A stretch of 64,000 nucleotides of DNA, from the NCBI GenBank assembly GCA_002104905.1, contig MCFE01000006.1, forward strand, positions 204,250 through 268,249, written 5' to 3'. Of the stretch, positions 53,197 to 63,242 are shown piece by piece. Position 1 is the stretch's first letter, and each line of letters opens with the position of its first letter. Below the pieces are notes generated by a model, which was given only the letters and a program-made list of their open reading frames with translations, did not search any database and was not told the DNA's origin. The stretch comes from Basidiobolus meristosporus CBS 931.73 (lineage: Eukaryota > Fungi > Basidiobolomycota). Position numbers and translations under genes: made by a program.

Positions 53197-53724
53197 TCAA
53201 CGAGAGCAAAAGCTGATCTGTGCGATGGGCTCTTCTACCGTGTTGTACGATGGTGGCGAATTTATGGCCTCCGAGGTCTCTGGATTCCTCGAGGTCGAAG
53301 GTCGATATGGATCAATAGTGATTACAACTTGGTGAATACCGGAAGACCTGCTGAGCGCCTTCTCAGTGATCTCTGTGACGGTGTTTAGTGGCAAAGTCAG
53401 TTGTGAGCTCTTCTTTAGGTAATTGGGTGGAGTCTCCTCATCCCGCGTGTTAACGGCACTCCCGTTGTAGACGTGTCGATCAAGTGCTATCTTGACTCTA
53501 CGTTGGATTTCCCTTTGCAGGCGATACTTCTTCCACCAAAAGTACGCAGCAACAAATAGAGCGAGGCCTGCCAAAGTTGCACCGGCCACCACGAAGAAGA
53601 GGGAGTCGTTGGTGGAGGCAGTGGATGCGGTGTAGTCTGGGGAAGAATTTCTGGCGATAGTGGATACATTGGAGCTGACGGACATTCCTTGCTTCGAAGC
53701 CAAATCCATTTCACCCTTCAACAA
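53197..53724 (-). CDS. Small single-pass membrane protein with PY motifs, paralog 3 (5' end uncertain)
   Basis: TM helix, 'REIQRRVKIAL', PPNY, 'SQLTLP', PPSY. A CTGAC...AAG element just upstream suggests a missed 5' exon. Confidence 0.78.
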   Translation of the reverse strand: MLKGEMDLASKQGMSVSSNVSTIARNSSPDYTASTASTNDSLFFVVAGATLAGLALFVAAYFWWKKYRLQREIQRRVKIALDRHVYNGSAVNTRDEETPPNYLKKSSQLTLPLNTVTEITEKALSRSSGIHQVVITIDPYRPSTSRNPETSEAINSPPSYNTVEEPIAQISFCSR

Positions 53725-55421
53725 CTTGTAAGTCAGAAAGAATCAGCAACAATCTAGAAGAGAATGCGCACACTTTTCATTTGAAAGCAGACCACCTGTA
53801 GATATATATCAGGTTGCTCAGACTCGAGTATTGACATGCGGGGTGAGGGGCAGGGATTCGATCCGGCCGACAGCTGATCAATTAATCACATTGAAAAGTC
53901 TTTGGGCTGATTGAAATCCTTTGTGATCTGCATACTCTATCAACTTGTCCGGGAAGCACAATCCGTTCACCCACCAAGATATGGACTGTTCAGCGGGCAA
54001 ACTCACACTAGTCACAAGAATCGTTGGGTGCTATATTGTTAACTACACCATCATCAGTTATATTAAAATGAAAGACCGCGATCATTTCGATCCAGAAAAT
54101 CTAATGAATGTCTAAGCGAATAACGTACTACTGTATTGCCCATCTACTCTAATCGATGTATTAAAGTCATCTCTGAGGTCTTGTGTAATATGTGGTCTTA
54201 TTAACTCCTGGAAGTCTTGTGCTTTCCGTCTGATTGAAATCTATTCAGTGACCTCGAATCAGGATGAGTTTGGTTTGTGGGCTACAGGTTCTTGACGGCT
54301 CATCCCGTCCATGGCCGGCAAGCGAATCAAACCATTAGCAGCTGCTTTTAAAATGTGCAATTGTTCCTTGGCCTGCGCAGCCCTTACCGCCATCGATTTG
54401 TGCGGCTGTATGGCGCATTCTATGTTGCGAGCTATCTGGCACTCGGGCAGCACGATCCCAAGGAAGCACCAAAGAGATTGCGTTCTAATTATTTCTGCTA
54501 GGATGCTTTAGGTATAGAGATTGCAGTTTCGGGACCGGGTGTTCAAGCAGTATGTACGCAAATGATTTCCTCGCTTCCTTAAAAACTTGGCTCAGCTACC
54601 TATATAATTCCTCAATTTTTGGCAAAGCGGCTAGTGGGGGAGATGCAGATCGGGAATAACAGAGGGTAGAGTGCAATTGTAAGAGATTCAGCTGACTTGG
54701 TCTGGTGTCTGTTTGGCATTTAGAAAAGCAGATAAGAAAGCCCTGGCCAATGACCTCATCACTCCCCTATCGGGCGCTGCATATGTCTGATTGATATTTG
54801 GGAAGGCCAATATGGTTTGACTCAACACATAAAAAGGATGGAGATGCCTAGCTACATATCGTTGCATTAGAATGGTCGGAGTGCATATGCCATCAAAGCC
54901 TTAAACCGAATTCCACTAATAATTCCGCAGCAGGGATTTGTGCTCTACTAAGTGAAGTTTGAGCCATTCTTATTTGACCCTGCTCCTTGGCATTTCGTGA
55001 AAACCTACTAGACTCTAGGATCATGTCGTCAGTAAAATGGATCTTAGAATAGCACTTGCTGCGTATCATGGGAGGGTTCCTACATTGCTTATATTATTTG
55101 TACTGGATACACATTAGCTAGTTTCCATGCTGGTGTGGATTCCTTGTTAGCCCAAGATCATGCTAGAACACCCATTCAACAGGCCCTAATCATGAATATT
55201 AATTATTAATGCCCTTCATCTAGATCCAATTCAGGATTTACTTATGATCGCGAGCGATGAAATTAGCCGAGGCAACATCCTATCACTTGATCACAGCTTC
55301 CGCATCATCCGATTATTCATTGATCCGCTTAGCTACGGTACTTCCATTGATCTAGGATCGCCATTGTCATGTGACCTGATCACGCCTTTTTATTGTATCC
55401 AAAGTGACAATAGGGAATTCC

Positions 55422-56134
55422 ATGTCGCACCTGCCCATTCAAATGCAAAGCCAACGCAATTCAATAACCACACAAGAGGGCGCGAGCACTGAATCCCTGG
55501 AAAATAGTACCTCCGGGCTAAAGTACTACGAAATACCAGTTACCTTTATACAAGCCGGGGATCAAGGAGTCACCAAACCGAAGAAGAAAAGCGTGTCTGA
55601 GGATGTGAGCGACTTCTATTCAAATCTCATCGGGATCCCTTCAACGAGTGAGGAGTGTACAAAACAAGAATCTACATGGTGCGATGTTTGCTCCATGAAT
55701 ATTCTCTCGGAACGGTATGAGGAGCATATTCGGGGGACCGGCCATTTAGTGGCTAGACCGAATTTGGCCCCTACTCCTGATCCCATCTTTTTGAACGAAA
55801 AAAATATTGGTTATATGATGTTGAAAGATTCTGGTTGGGAGTACGAAGATGGTCTTGGGAAAAACAAGTCCGGTCGTAGACATCCTCTGCCCACAAAGTT
55901 AAAGTTAGATAAACTTGGACTGGGGCATAAGTACAAGAAGAAATATGTTCATGAGCAACAGGATATTTATGAGGCTGAGCAAAGAAAGGTAATTCCCAAT
56001 TATATTCTCGTCGCTCAGATACTAACTCTAAGAAGCAGAAACTCGACAGAAGAAAAACCCGCAAAGAGATCGTAGAGGAGCATGAAAGAGAACGGCGGAA
56101 ACGTATGGCGATGATAGCTTATATGAATCGTTAG
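55422..56134 (+). CDS. G-patch domain protein with a zinc-finger-like motif (GPANK1 C-terminus-like)
   Basis: 'WCDVC...EEHIRGTGH', G-patch 'NIGYMMLKDSGWEYEDGLGK...LGLG'. A short intron (GTAATT...CTAAC...CAG) leads to the last exon 'KLDRRKTRKEIVEEHERERRKRMAMIAYMNR*'. Confidence 0.85.
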
Positions 56135-56424
56135 ATTTTACTCCATGGTTATGTAAGCATATTTCGAAAAACAAATTGATCTTCGACTTTTTTGTTCATA
56201 AACTTCCTTGAATCGTAGAAAATGGATTTTTCTGATATCACATCACCACACTGTGGGGGTTACTCTAATAGAAAACTTGAGTGTGGTGTTGTTCCTTCGA
56301 CATCCTATTAGATATTTCCAACTGGACACCGTCTCATCCTAAAAGTTACCGTTTATTTCATCTCAAATCCGAAGGGCTCCAGACATCAATTGCAGAAGGA
56401 CAATGTAAATGCAAGGAGTATATT

Positions 56425-56658
56425 TTATGTAGCGATTTCTACGAACCCAGGGAAACATTGATCCAATGGTTTCCCATGCTTATTTTCAGAGTGCTCAGTC
56501 AGTGCTTTTGCTCTAATGGTGCACAAGAACGTTTGTCTGCAAGTTTGACAAATGACGGTTTGTGCTTTAGCGTTGGCCTTGAGTTGACTGGTTGCTCCTT
56601 TGCCAGCTTTCGCGGCATTGCGTTCGCGTTTGTGCTGGGCTTTCTGGCCGTTACCCAT
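56425..56658 (-). CDS. Small zinc-binding protein of the ZNF706 / At2g23090-like family
   Basis: MGNGQKAQHKRERNA...SQLKANAKA...CQTCRQTF...EHSENKH. Confidence 0.88.
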   Translation of the reverse strand: MGNGQKAQHKRERNAAKAGKGATSQLKANAKAQTVICQTCRQTFLCTIRAKALTEHSENKHGKPLDQCFPGFVEIAT

Positions 56659-57740
56659 GTTGGAGTATGAAAGCAGGTCAACTAAAGAAAGGAATGTTGA
56701 TTTACTCGAACAAGTCAGAACGCATTTATAGTCTGCACCTGGTTGCCCCCTTTTTGCCTTTCAAAAATAGAGCTACATCAACCAGTTTGATTGTAAACGT
56801 GTTCCACCGTTGGGACGGATTCCCCTACAGTCTTTTCGTACATAAAAGGAAAATATTAGGGATTAAGTGGGGCATTTCTGCAGCTTAACTTGCTACCCCT
56901 TAAGTAGTCAGGGGAACCTCCATGACGTTGTTATCAGATAACCCTGAACTTAATTGCGTTTCAGGAGTCTGTGAATTTCACCACATTGCTCTAAGCCTTG
57001 AAGTAGCGGGCTTTAACTGCTTGATGTGTATCTAGGACAATGATAATATGGAGATATAAACTAATAGGAATCCCTTGTAGAGTTTTCATTTGTTGACAAT
57101 CCCTTGATATCCTCACCCTAGTCCACTGTTTCAGAGTACAAACTAGGTGTGGGTTTCCAAAACTGGTTTTGTATACAAAATCAAGCATCAATGCACTAAG
57201 CCAACGGAACAACTATGCATATTATCACAAGATAAAGCTGACAGTAAATGAAAGAAAATATTGTAATACTTGTTCTAGCAAAAGTATAACATAGTGTGGC
57301 TGGCCAACTTGCCTACAAAAGGAAAATTAGCTTAGAATAAGAATTGAGTGAGGAAGCTAAGATATACCACCAAAGGAAATCAAATGTATGATATAATATC
57401 TGAGAATGGGCTTTGGCCACTGAGAAAGTGTGAATATTGCATTTTAACCTAGCTTATCAGCAAGTGAGAATCATACCCTCTGCCATATAATATATTTCAC
57501 TTTTAAATTCTTGCTTTGATTTCAACAAAGTATCCTATCTATTACACCACTAGCAGTACACTATCAACCTAGCAGTGTTAGTGTAGCAAACAGGAAACAT
57601 TGTGGAAGTTATGAAATAGTAAAAGAACTATACTATAGGGGCAGGATGACAATAGGTAAGAAATTGTGGTTTTAGTAACACAAGATTCAGAGGCTGCACA
57701 TTACAAGAGAAGTTATTTTCAAGCAAATAAGGGAATGATC

Positions 57741-57803
57741 AGGAGAGAGGGAAAGCTGTAAAGTGGCAAAATCTTTATCTACTAATGATAAGTATCTAAA
57801 GAC
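57741..57803 (-). mobile_element. Old degenerate 3' tail of SINE module B
   Basis: 'aaatctttatctactaatgataagtatctaaaga' versus B 'aaatctttatttacttatgacaagtatctaaaga'. Confidence 0.6.
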
Positions 57804-57925
57804 TGTTGTAAGAGTCTTGGAGATATTGGAAGTGATTGGGAGGACAAGTAGATTATGTGGTTTTCACTTAATGATTTATTGAATGTAAAAGTAGTATTTA
57901 TACTTTTACATAGTCTTGGCATTAC
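57804..57925 (-). repeat. Copia LTR truncated at the junction with the terminal array
   Basis: Matches 2153-2275, stops at ...GGCATTAC and is followed directly by TTAGGG. Confidence 0.9.
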
Positions 57926-58705
57926 TTAGGGGGGAGACAGTCACCAACAGGTGAAATCTTTATTTCAGTTGAAACAAAGAAGCCAGCGCTACTGTTGTAG
58001 CTTTGATACAAGAGTGTGTAGCTGAGGGGAATTTGTAGGTAAGTTAATAAGAAGTGATGATAGTTCTTCAGTGCTCAAGACACTGTTCAGTGGGAAGGGG
58101 GGTAGCAAGAGAGGTAAGAATGACTTGTGAACAACATTACTGAGGGGAATGTGATAAGGATTGATATTCATCATAAAGGGAGTGTGCTGCTGCAGATATT
58201 GCTGCCAAAGGTCTGTCAAGTACTTCAGGTAGGCCAGCTTGGGTTTTTCTGACTGCAGAATATATTGAGCAAACTTCCTGACTTCAGGATCTCCAAGTAT
58301 AGTTCTCCAGCAGGAGCCAGGTGTTGTGTGGTGTGTTCTCTTCCAGGCCTTAATCAGTGGGTTGTTGCAGTTGTGAAGTCTGAGGTATAATCTGGTTCTA
58401 AGGTAGAGAAGTCTGATCTTATAGGGCATAAACCTAAAAGCACCAAGAATAGCATGTCTGTAGGGGCATTCAGGCAAATGAGGCACCAGGGAGGTAATGC
58501 ACCATACTGCAAACTTGTCAAGCTTAGTGCAGTCTCTAGAAGTAAGAGAGAGATGTGGTAAGCCAAATTCCAGGACAGGGAAGACAAACTGCTTGAGTAG
58601 AAGGAGGCAGCTGGGAGCTGAAGTGGTGGGAGGAGTAATGGCCAGTAGCTTGTGGAGTGCCTGGCTTGCCAGGATAATTCTCTTCTTCAGGTGTGCTCCA
58701 GAGTC
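57926..58705 (-). mobile_element. Module A copy 1: 5'-truncated non-LTR (LINE-type) retrotransposon 3' end
   Basis: Frame 58705-57989 is open for 238 codons and carries the RT thumb signature 'HLKKRIILASQALHKL...LLLKQFVFPVLEFGL...KLDKF...ILGAFGFMPYKIRLLYLRTRLYLRL'. Tail AATAAA-GATTTCACC-loop-GGTGAC...CCCCCCTAA. Confidence 0.85.
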
Positions 58706-59232
58706 TTAGGGGGAGGAAAGTCACCAAATGGTGAAATCTTTATTTACTTATGACAAGTATCTAAAGAAGCCATGTTAATCTGAACTAATTCCTAGAAAGG
58801 TAGGTCTGAAAGATATCTTCCTGGTAAGCCAGGTCTGAGAGTTGAGAAGGTGAGTGGTACTATATTTCCTAGTTAGCTAGGTCTGAGAGAGGTTTCCTGG
58901 AAAGCCAGGCCTGAGAAGTGAGAATCTGAATATATCTGAGCTAAGTTATACTGGTTTGCGGTAGCTGGATTGTGGCCGGAAAGGCCAGTAGACTGGGGGA
59001 ACTCAGATGTATTTCTGGGCAATCACTGGCCAAATATACCAGGCAAATCTGGCCATTAGCATTTAAGGATTTCAGCCAATCAGAGCCTTTACTTTGCCCA
59101 ATGGTTGATCAAGCCATCTCCCAATGAGCACACATCAATTTATTAATCAAATTTTTTGCTGGATCCAGGATTTGAACCCACAACCATGGGTATGGAAGGG
59201 TTAGGGATAACTACAAGGCTAAGTGTTCTTGG
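58706..59232 (-). mobile_element. Module B copy 1: full-length tRNA-derived SINE (~527 bp)
   Basis: A box at 59211-59221 and B box GGTTCAAATCC at 59168-59178 with tRNA spacing; 3' tail shared with A and D. Confidence 0.8.
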
Positions 59233-59263
59233 TTAGGGGAGACAGTCACCAACAGGTGAAATC
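59233..59263 (-). mobile_element. 31 bp stub of the module A 3' end
   Basis: ttaggggagacagtcaccaacaggtgaaatc followed by a new TTAGGG. Confidence 0.85.
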
Positions 59264-59460
59264 TTAGGGTGTAGGTGTTATAGTAAGGGCTAGGAAAAGG
59301 TTAGAAGAGCAGGGGGTCAGGGGGACGCAGTCCCCTAGAGAATAAAAAAGCAGGGGGTTTGGGGAATGCAATCCCCCATACTCCTCCCATACTCTTTAAA
59401 TTCCCGTTGGATTACTTTTCTCTCATTCTTGATTCTGGTCACTTAGGGTTAGAATTCCTC
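59264..59460 (-). repeat. Module C copy 1 (truncated)
   Basis: Same left end (TTAGGGTGTAGGTGTTATAG) as 60800 and 61762. Confidence 0.85.
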
Positions 59461-59644
59461 TTAGGGGGGGAGGAAAGTCACCAAGTGGTGAAATCTTTAT
59501 TTACTTATGACAAGTATCCAAAGAAGCCATGTTAATCTGAAGTAATTCCTAGAAAGCTAGGTCTGAGAGATATCTTCCTGGTAAGCCAGGTCTGAGAGTT
59601 GAGAAGCTGAGTGGTACTGTATTTCCTAGTTAGCTAGGTCTGAG
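59461..59644 (-). mobile_element. Module B copy 2: 5'-truncated SINE
   Basis: First ~185 bp of B on the + strand. Confidence 0.85.
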
Positions 59645-60000
59645 GGTTAGGGGGGAGGGGAAGTCACCAAAGTAGGTGAAATCTTTATTTGATTTCAGAC
59701 AAGTCTAACTACAAATAAAGAAGCCAGCTGGGAATAGAAGATTCCCAAAGTAAACACTCAGTTGAATATGAATAAATCTAAGCTAAAGTTAAGGCAGTAT
59801 CCCAGAGTACACTGGAGCTCAGGTTCATGGGGGAGTGAAGTAGATAAGCTTGAGAGATATAATAATCTTTCAGGAAGTGGGTAACAGCAGGTGAAGGGGA
59901 GTTTTTGATAAGTGAAGTGAATCTTGAGAGCAGAGATTCCTCTAATGAGAAGGTCTTGTAAACTGGAGAATCAGGAAACTCTTTAAAGGCATGGTCAGTA
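59645..60000 (-). mobile_element. Module D: 3' end of a second, diverged LINE-type family
   Basis: Same tail architecture with a 6-nt loop. Its ORF end 'PDSPVYKTF...FTSLIKNSPSP...LKDY...LH' resembles A 'PGSCWRTI...FAQYILQSEKP...LTDL...QH' only weakly. Confidence 0.6.
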
Positions 60001-60799
60001 GTGTCAGGATACGTTGCACGTTGTGTATATGTTCTTCTACATTGGGGGAATATATCGTGATGTCGTCCAGATACACGAGGGCGCATTCCCATCGTAGATT
60101 TCCTAGCACCTTGTCGATCATCCTTTGGAATGTAGCGGGGGCATTGCACAAGCCAAAGGGTAGTTGGTTCCATTTGTATAATCCAAACAATGTTATAAAA
60201 GCGGTTTTGGGTTGATCTTCCAGGGCTACTTCTACTTGCCAATACCCAGAGATTAAGTCAAGAGAGCTAAAATATTTAGTTCCAATTAATCTGTCCAAGA
60301 GGTTGTCTATTTGCGGTAGCAGATACACGTCCTTCCGGGTGACAGCGTTCAATTTCCGGTAGTCAATGCAAAAGCGTCACTTTCCGTCTTTCTTTGGGAC
60401 TATCACTACGGGGGAGGCCCACGGAGACTGGCTCTCTGTAATGATGTTGTCTTTTAATAAAGTTTCAATCGTCTCTTTGATATAGTCTGTGTCAATTTTC
60501 AAATTCCTATAGGCTTTTTGCTTGATGGGGTATTTGTCGGCAAGGTGGATTTGGTGATATACCCCAGGTATATGACCAATTACTTGGTTCTTAGAGAATA
60601 CTCAGGCAAGCGGACATATTCCTTCTAGGAATTTGTCTTGTAATTTAGGTGGTAGACCAGGGTCCACATCTAGTTTGGGGAGTTCTTCTTCTGGTTCTTC
60701 ATTTGGAGGTGGTCCTTGGTCGTTTCCGTCAACTTCCTCTAAGTTTAACAATGGCACTCCTCTAGGCAATGCCACCGTGTGTTGCCCGTTGTTAACCAC
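60001..60799 (-). mobile_element. Internal Ty3/Gypsy pol fragment (linker plus RT up to YLDD); no LTR
   Basis: '[29 protein letters not shown]', 'FSSLDLISGYWQV', 'LPFGLCNAPATFQR', 'VYLDDI'. Confidence 0.93.
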
Positions 60800-61015
60800 T
60801 TAGGGTGTAGGTGTTATAGTAAGGGCTAGGAAAAGGTTAGAAGAGCAGGGGGTCTGGGGGACGCAGTCCCCTAGAGAATAAAAAAGCAGGGGGTTTGGGG
60901 GATGCAATCCCCCATACTGCTCCCATACTCTTTAAATTCCCTTTGGATTACTTTTCTCTCATTCTTGGTTCTGGTCCCTTAGGGTTAGAATTTCTCCTCC
61001 TAACCCTTATCACCC
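60800..61015 (-). repeat. Module C copy 2 (truncated)
   Basis: Same left end as the other copies, truncated after ...CCTTATCACCC. Confidence 0.88.
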
Positions 61016-61706
61016 TTAGGGGGGGAGACAGTCACCAACAGGTGAAATCTTTATTTCAGTTGAAACAAAGAAGCCAGCGCTACTGTTGTAGCTTTGATAC
61101 AAGAGTGTGTAGCTGAGGGGAATTTGTAGGTAAGTTAATAAGAAGTGATGATAGCTCTTCAGTGCTCAAGACACTGTTCAGTGGGAAGGGGGGTAGCAAG
61201 AGAGGTAAGAATGACTTGTGAACAACATTAATGAGGGGAATGTGATAAGGATTGATATTCATCATAAATGGAGTGTGCTGCTGCAGATATTGCTGCCAAA
61301 GGTCTGTCAAGTACTTCAGGTAGGCCAGCTTGGGTTTTTCTGACTGCAGAATAAAGTGAACAAACTTCTTGACTTCAGGATCTCCAAGTATAGTTCTCCA
61401 GCAGGAGCCAGGTGTTGTGTGGTGTGTTCTCTTCCAGGCCTTAATCAGTGGGTTGTTGCAGTTGTGAAGTCTGAGGTATAATCTGGTTCTAAGGTAGAGA
61501 AGTCTGATCTTATAGGGCATAAACCCAAAAGCACCAAGAATAGCATGTCTGTAGGGGCATTCAGGCAAATGAGGCACCAAGGAGGTAATGCACCATACTG
61601 CAAACTTGTCAAGCTTAGTGCAGTCTCTAGAAGTAAGAGAGAGAAGTGGTAAGCCAAATTCCAGGACAGGGAAGACAAACTGCTTGAGTAGAAGGAGGCA
61701 GCTGGG
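61016..61706 (-). mobile_element. Module A copy 2: 5'-truncated LINE 3' end
   Basis: Near-identical to 57926-58616 with scattered substitutions; frame open from 61706 to 61080. Confidence 0.88.
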
Positions 61707-61761
61707 GTAGGGGGAGGGAAAGTCACCAAGGTAGGTGAAATCTTTATTTGATTGCAGACAC
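61707..61761 (-). mobile_element. 55 bp stub of a D-type 3' end
   Basis: gtagggggagggaaagtcacc-aaggta-ggtgaaatctttatttgattgcagac. Confidence 0.8.
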
Positions 61762-63220
61762 TTAGGGTGTAGGTGTTATAGTAAGGGCTAGGAAAAGGTT
61801 AGAAGAGCAGGGGGTCTGGGGGACGCAGTCCCCTAGAGAATAAAAAAGCAGGGGGTTTGGGGGATGCAATCCCCCATACTGCTCTTATACTCTTTAAATT
61901 CCCATTGGATTACTTTTCTCTCATTCTTGGTTCTGGTCCCTTAGGGTTAGAATTCCTCCTCCTAACCCTTATCACCCTAACCATAAATATTTTTACCCTA
62001 CAATTGGCACATTGTCTGCTCATATGGTGGGCATGTCTGGGCCAATATTTGTCTCCCTATACTGTCCATACGCTCTGTATAAGTCTTGATGACTATTTAA
62101 TTAATAAATTGTTATTTTTAATATATATCTAATAATTAATGGGATTCATCCCAATCTGACCACAATCCCATATTTTGATAAGCTTCGGGCACCATAAATT
62201 GCGCGGCCCTAATATGATAAAAAAATTCATGGCCAATACAAATTTTCTGTAACCTGATTGCTTTTACCAAATATAAAGTGTATCCAAAAGTTCAATATAT
62301 ATTATGGCTATAATAGAAACTTTATTGGACACCATCGCAACTACTACTTATGTTCTATGCGCACATGTATCCCGCGGGAATTGTAAAACTTAGCCACGTG
62401 GTACAAAAGTGCTTTAATTTTTCATCATGATAGTTTTACATGAGTTCCTAACGCACTTTGAAAGTACGCAGTAGCCATACCCCAACAGGTTTTAAGGATG
62501 TCCACTAGCTACGTCTACTTGTGTCTAGCGGGAGCCATCAATCATCAGCCGCGCAATACTGAAATGCTTTTATTTTTCATCATGCTAGTTTTGTATGAAT
62601 CCCTAACGCACTTTCATAGTGCGCGGTAACCATACCCCAACAGGTTTTAAGGATACCCACTTGCTACGTTTACTTGTGTCTAGCGGGAGTCATCAATCAT
62701 CAGCCGCGCGGTAAAAAAGTGCTTTTATTTTTCATCATGATAGTTTTACATGAGTCCCTAATGCACTTTTATAGTGCGCGGTAACCATACCCCCAGAAAG
62801 TAGTGTGGATGCTTACTTTAAACGCTCACTTGTGTATTGTACGGAATATCAAGAAACAGCCGCGTGGGAATGGAACATCATAGAAAAGCATTGCTTTGTT
62901 GTTAGCAAGTATTGATGCGCAAATAGTGGTACTATGTGAATTATTGAGTAACTATTTACTCTAGTTGGTTCCAAGATATTCCTAGACAATATGCTCAAAA
63001 TCAATATTAGCATCAATAGCTTGCTCTTTGATCACTAAACCACCGCACCCAATATGCGGTGGCCTTGGTTTTGTCTAGCCGTCAAGGAATGAAACCAGAG
63101 TACAGTCACAAGAGAGGCAAAAGTGAAATGTGATGAAGTAAGTGTATATGAAAGTAATATAAATCTACAGGACAGAAGAGAACAACTAGTAGTTAAACAG
63201 CACTCACTGACACTCCACCG
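61762..63220 (-). repeat. Module C copy 3, the longest (1.46 kb), apparently non-coding
   Basis: Variant telomeric left end, paired GC hairpins and 155 bp tandem repeats; no convincing ORF. Confidence 0.75.
62406..62875. repeat. Three tandem 155 bp units within module C
   Basis: TGCTTT(T/A)ATTTTTCATCATG anchors at 62410, 62565 and 62720. Confidence 0.92.
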
Positions 63221-63242
63221 AGGGTTAGGGTTAGGGTTAGGG
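63221..63242 (+). repeat. Interstitial telomeric tract (~3.5 TTAGGG units)
   Basis: agggttagggttagggttaggg. Confidence 0.95.
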
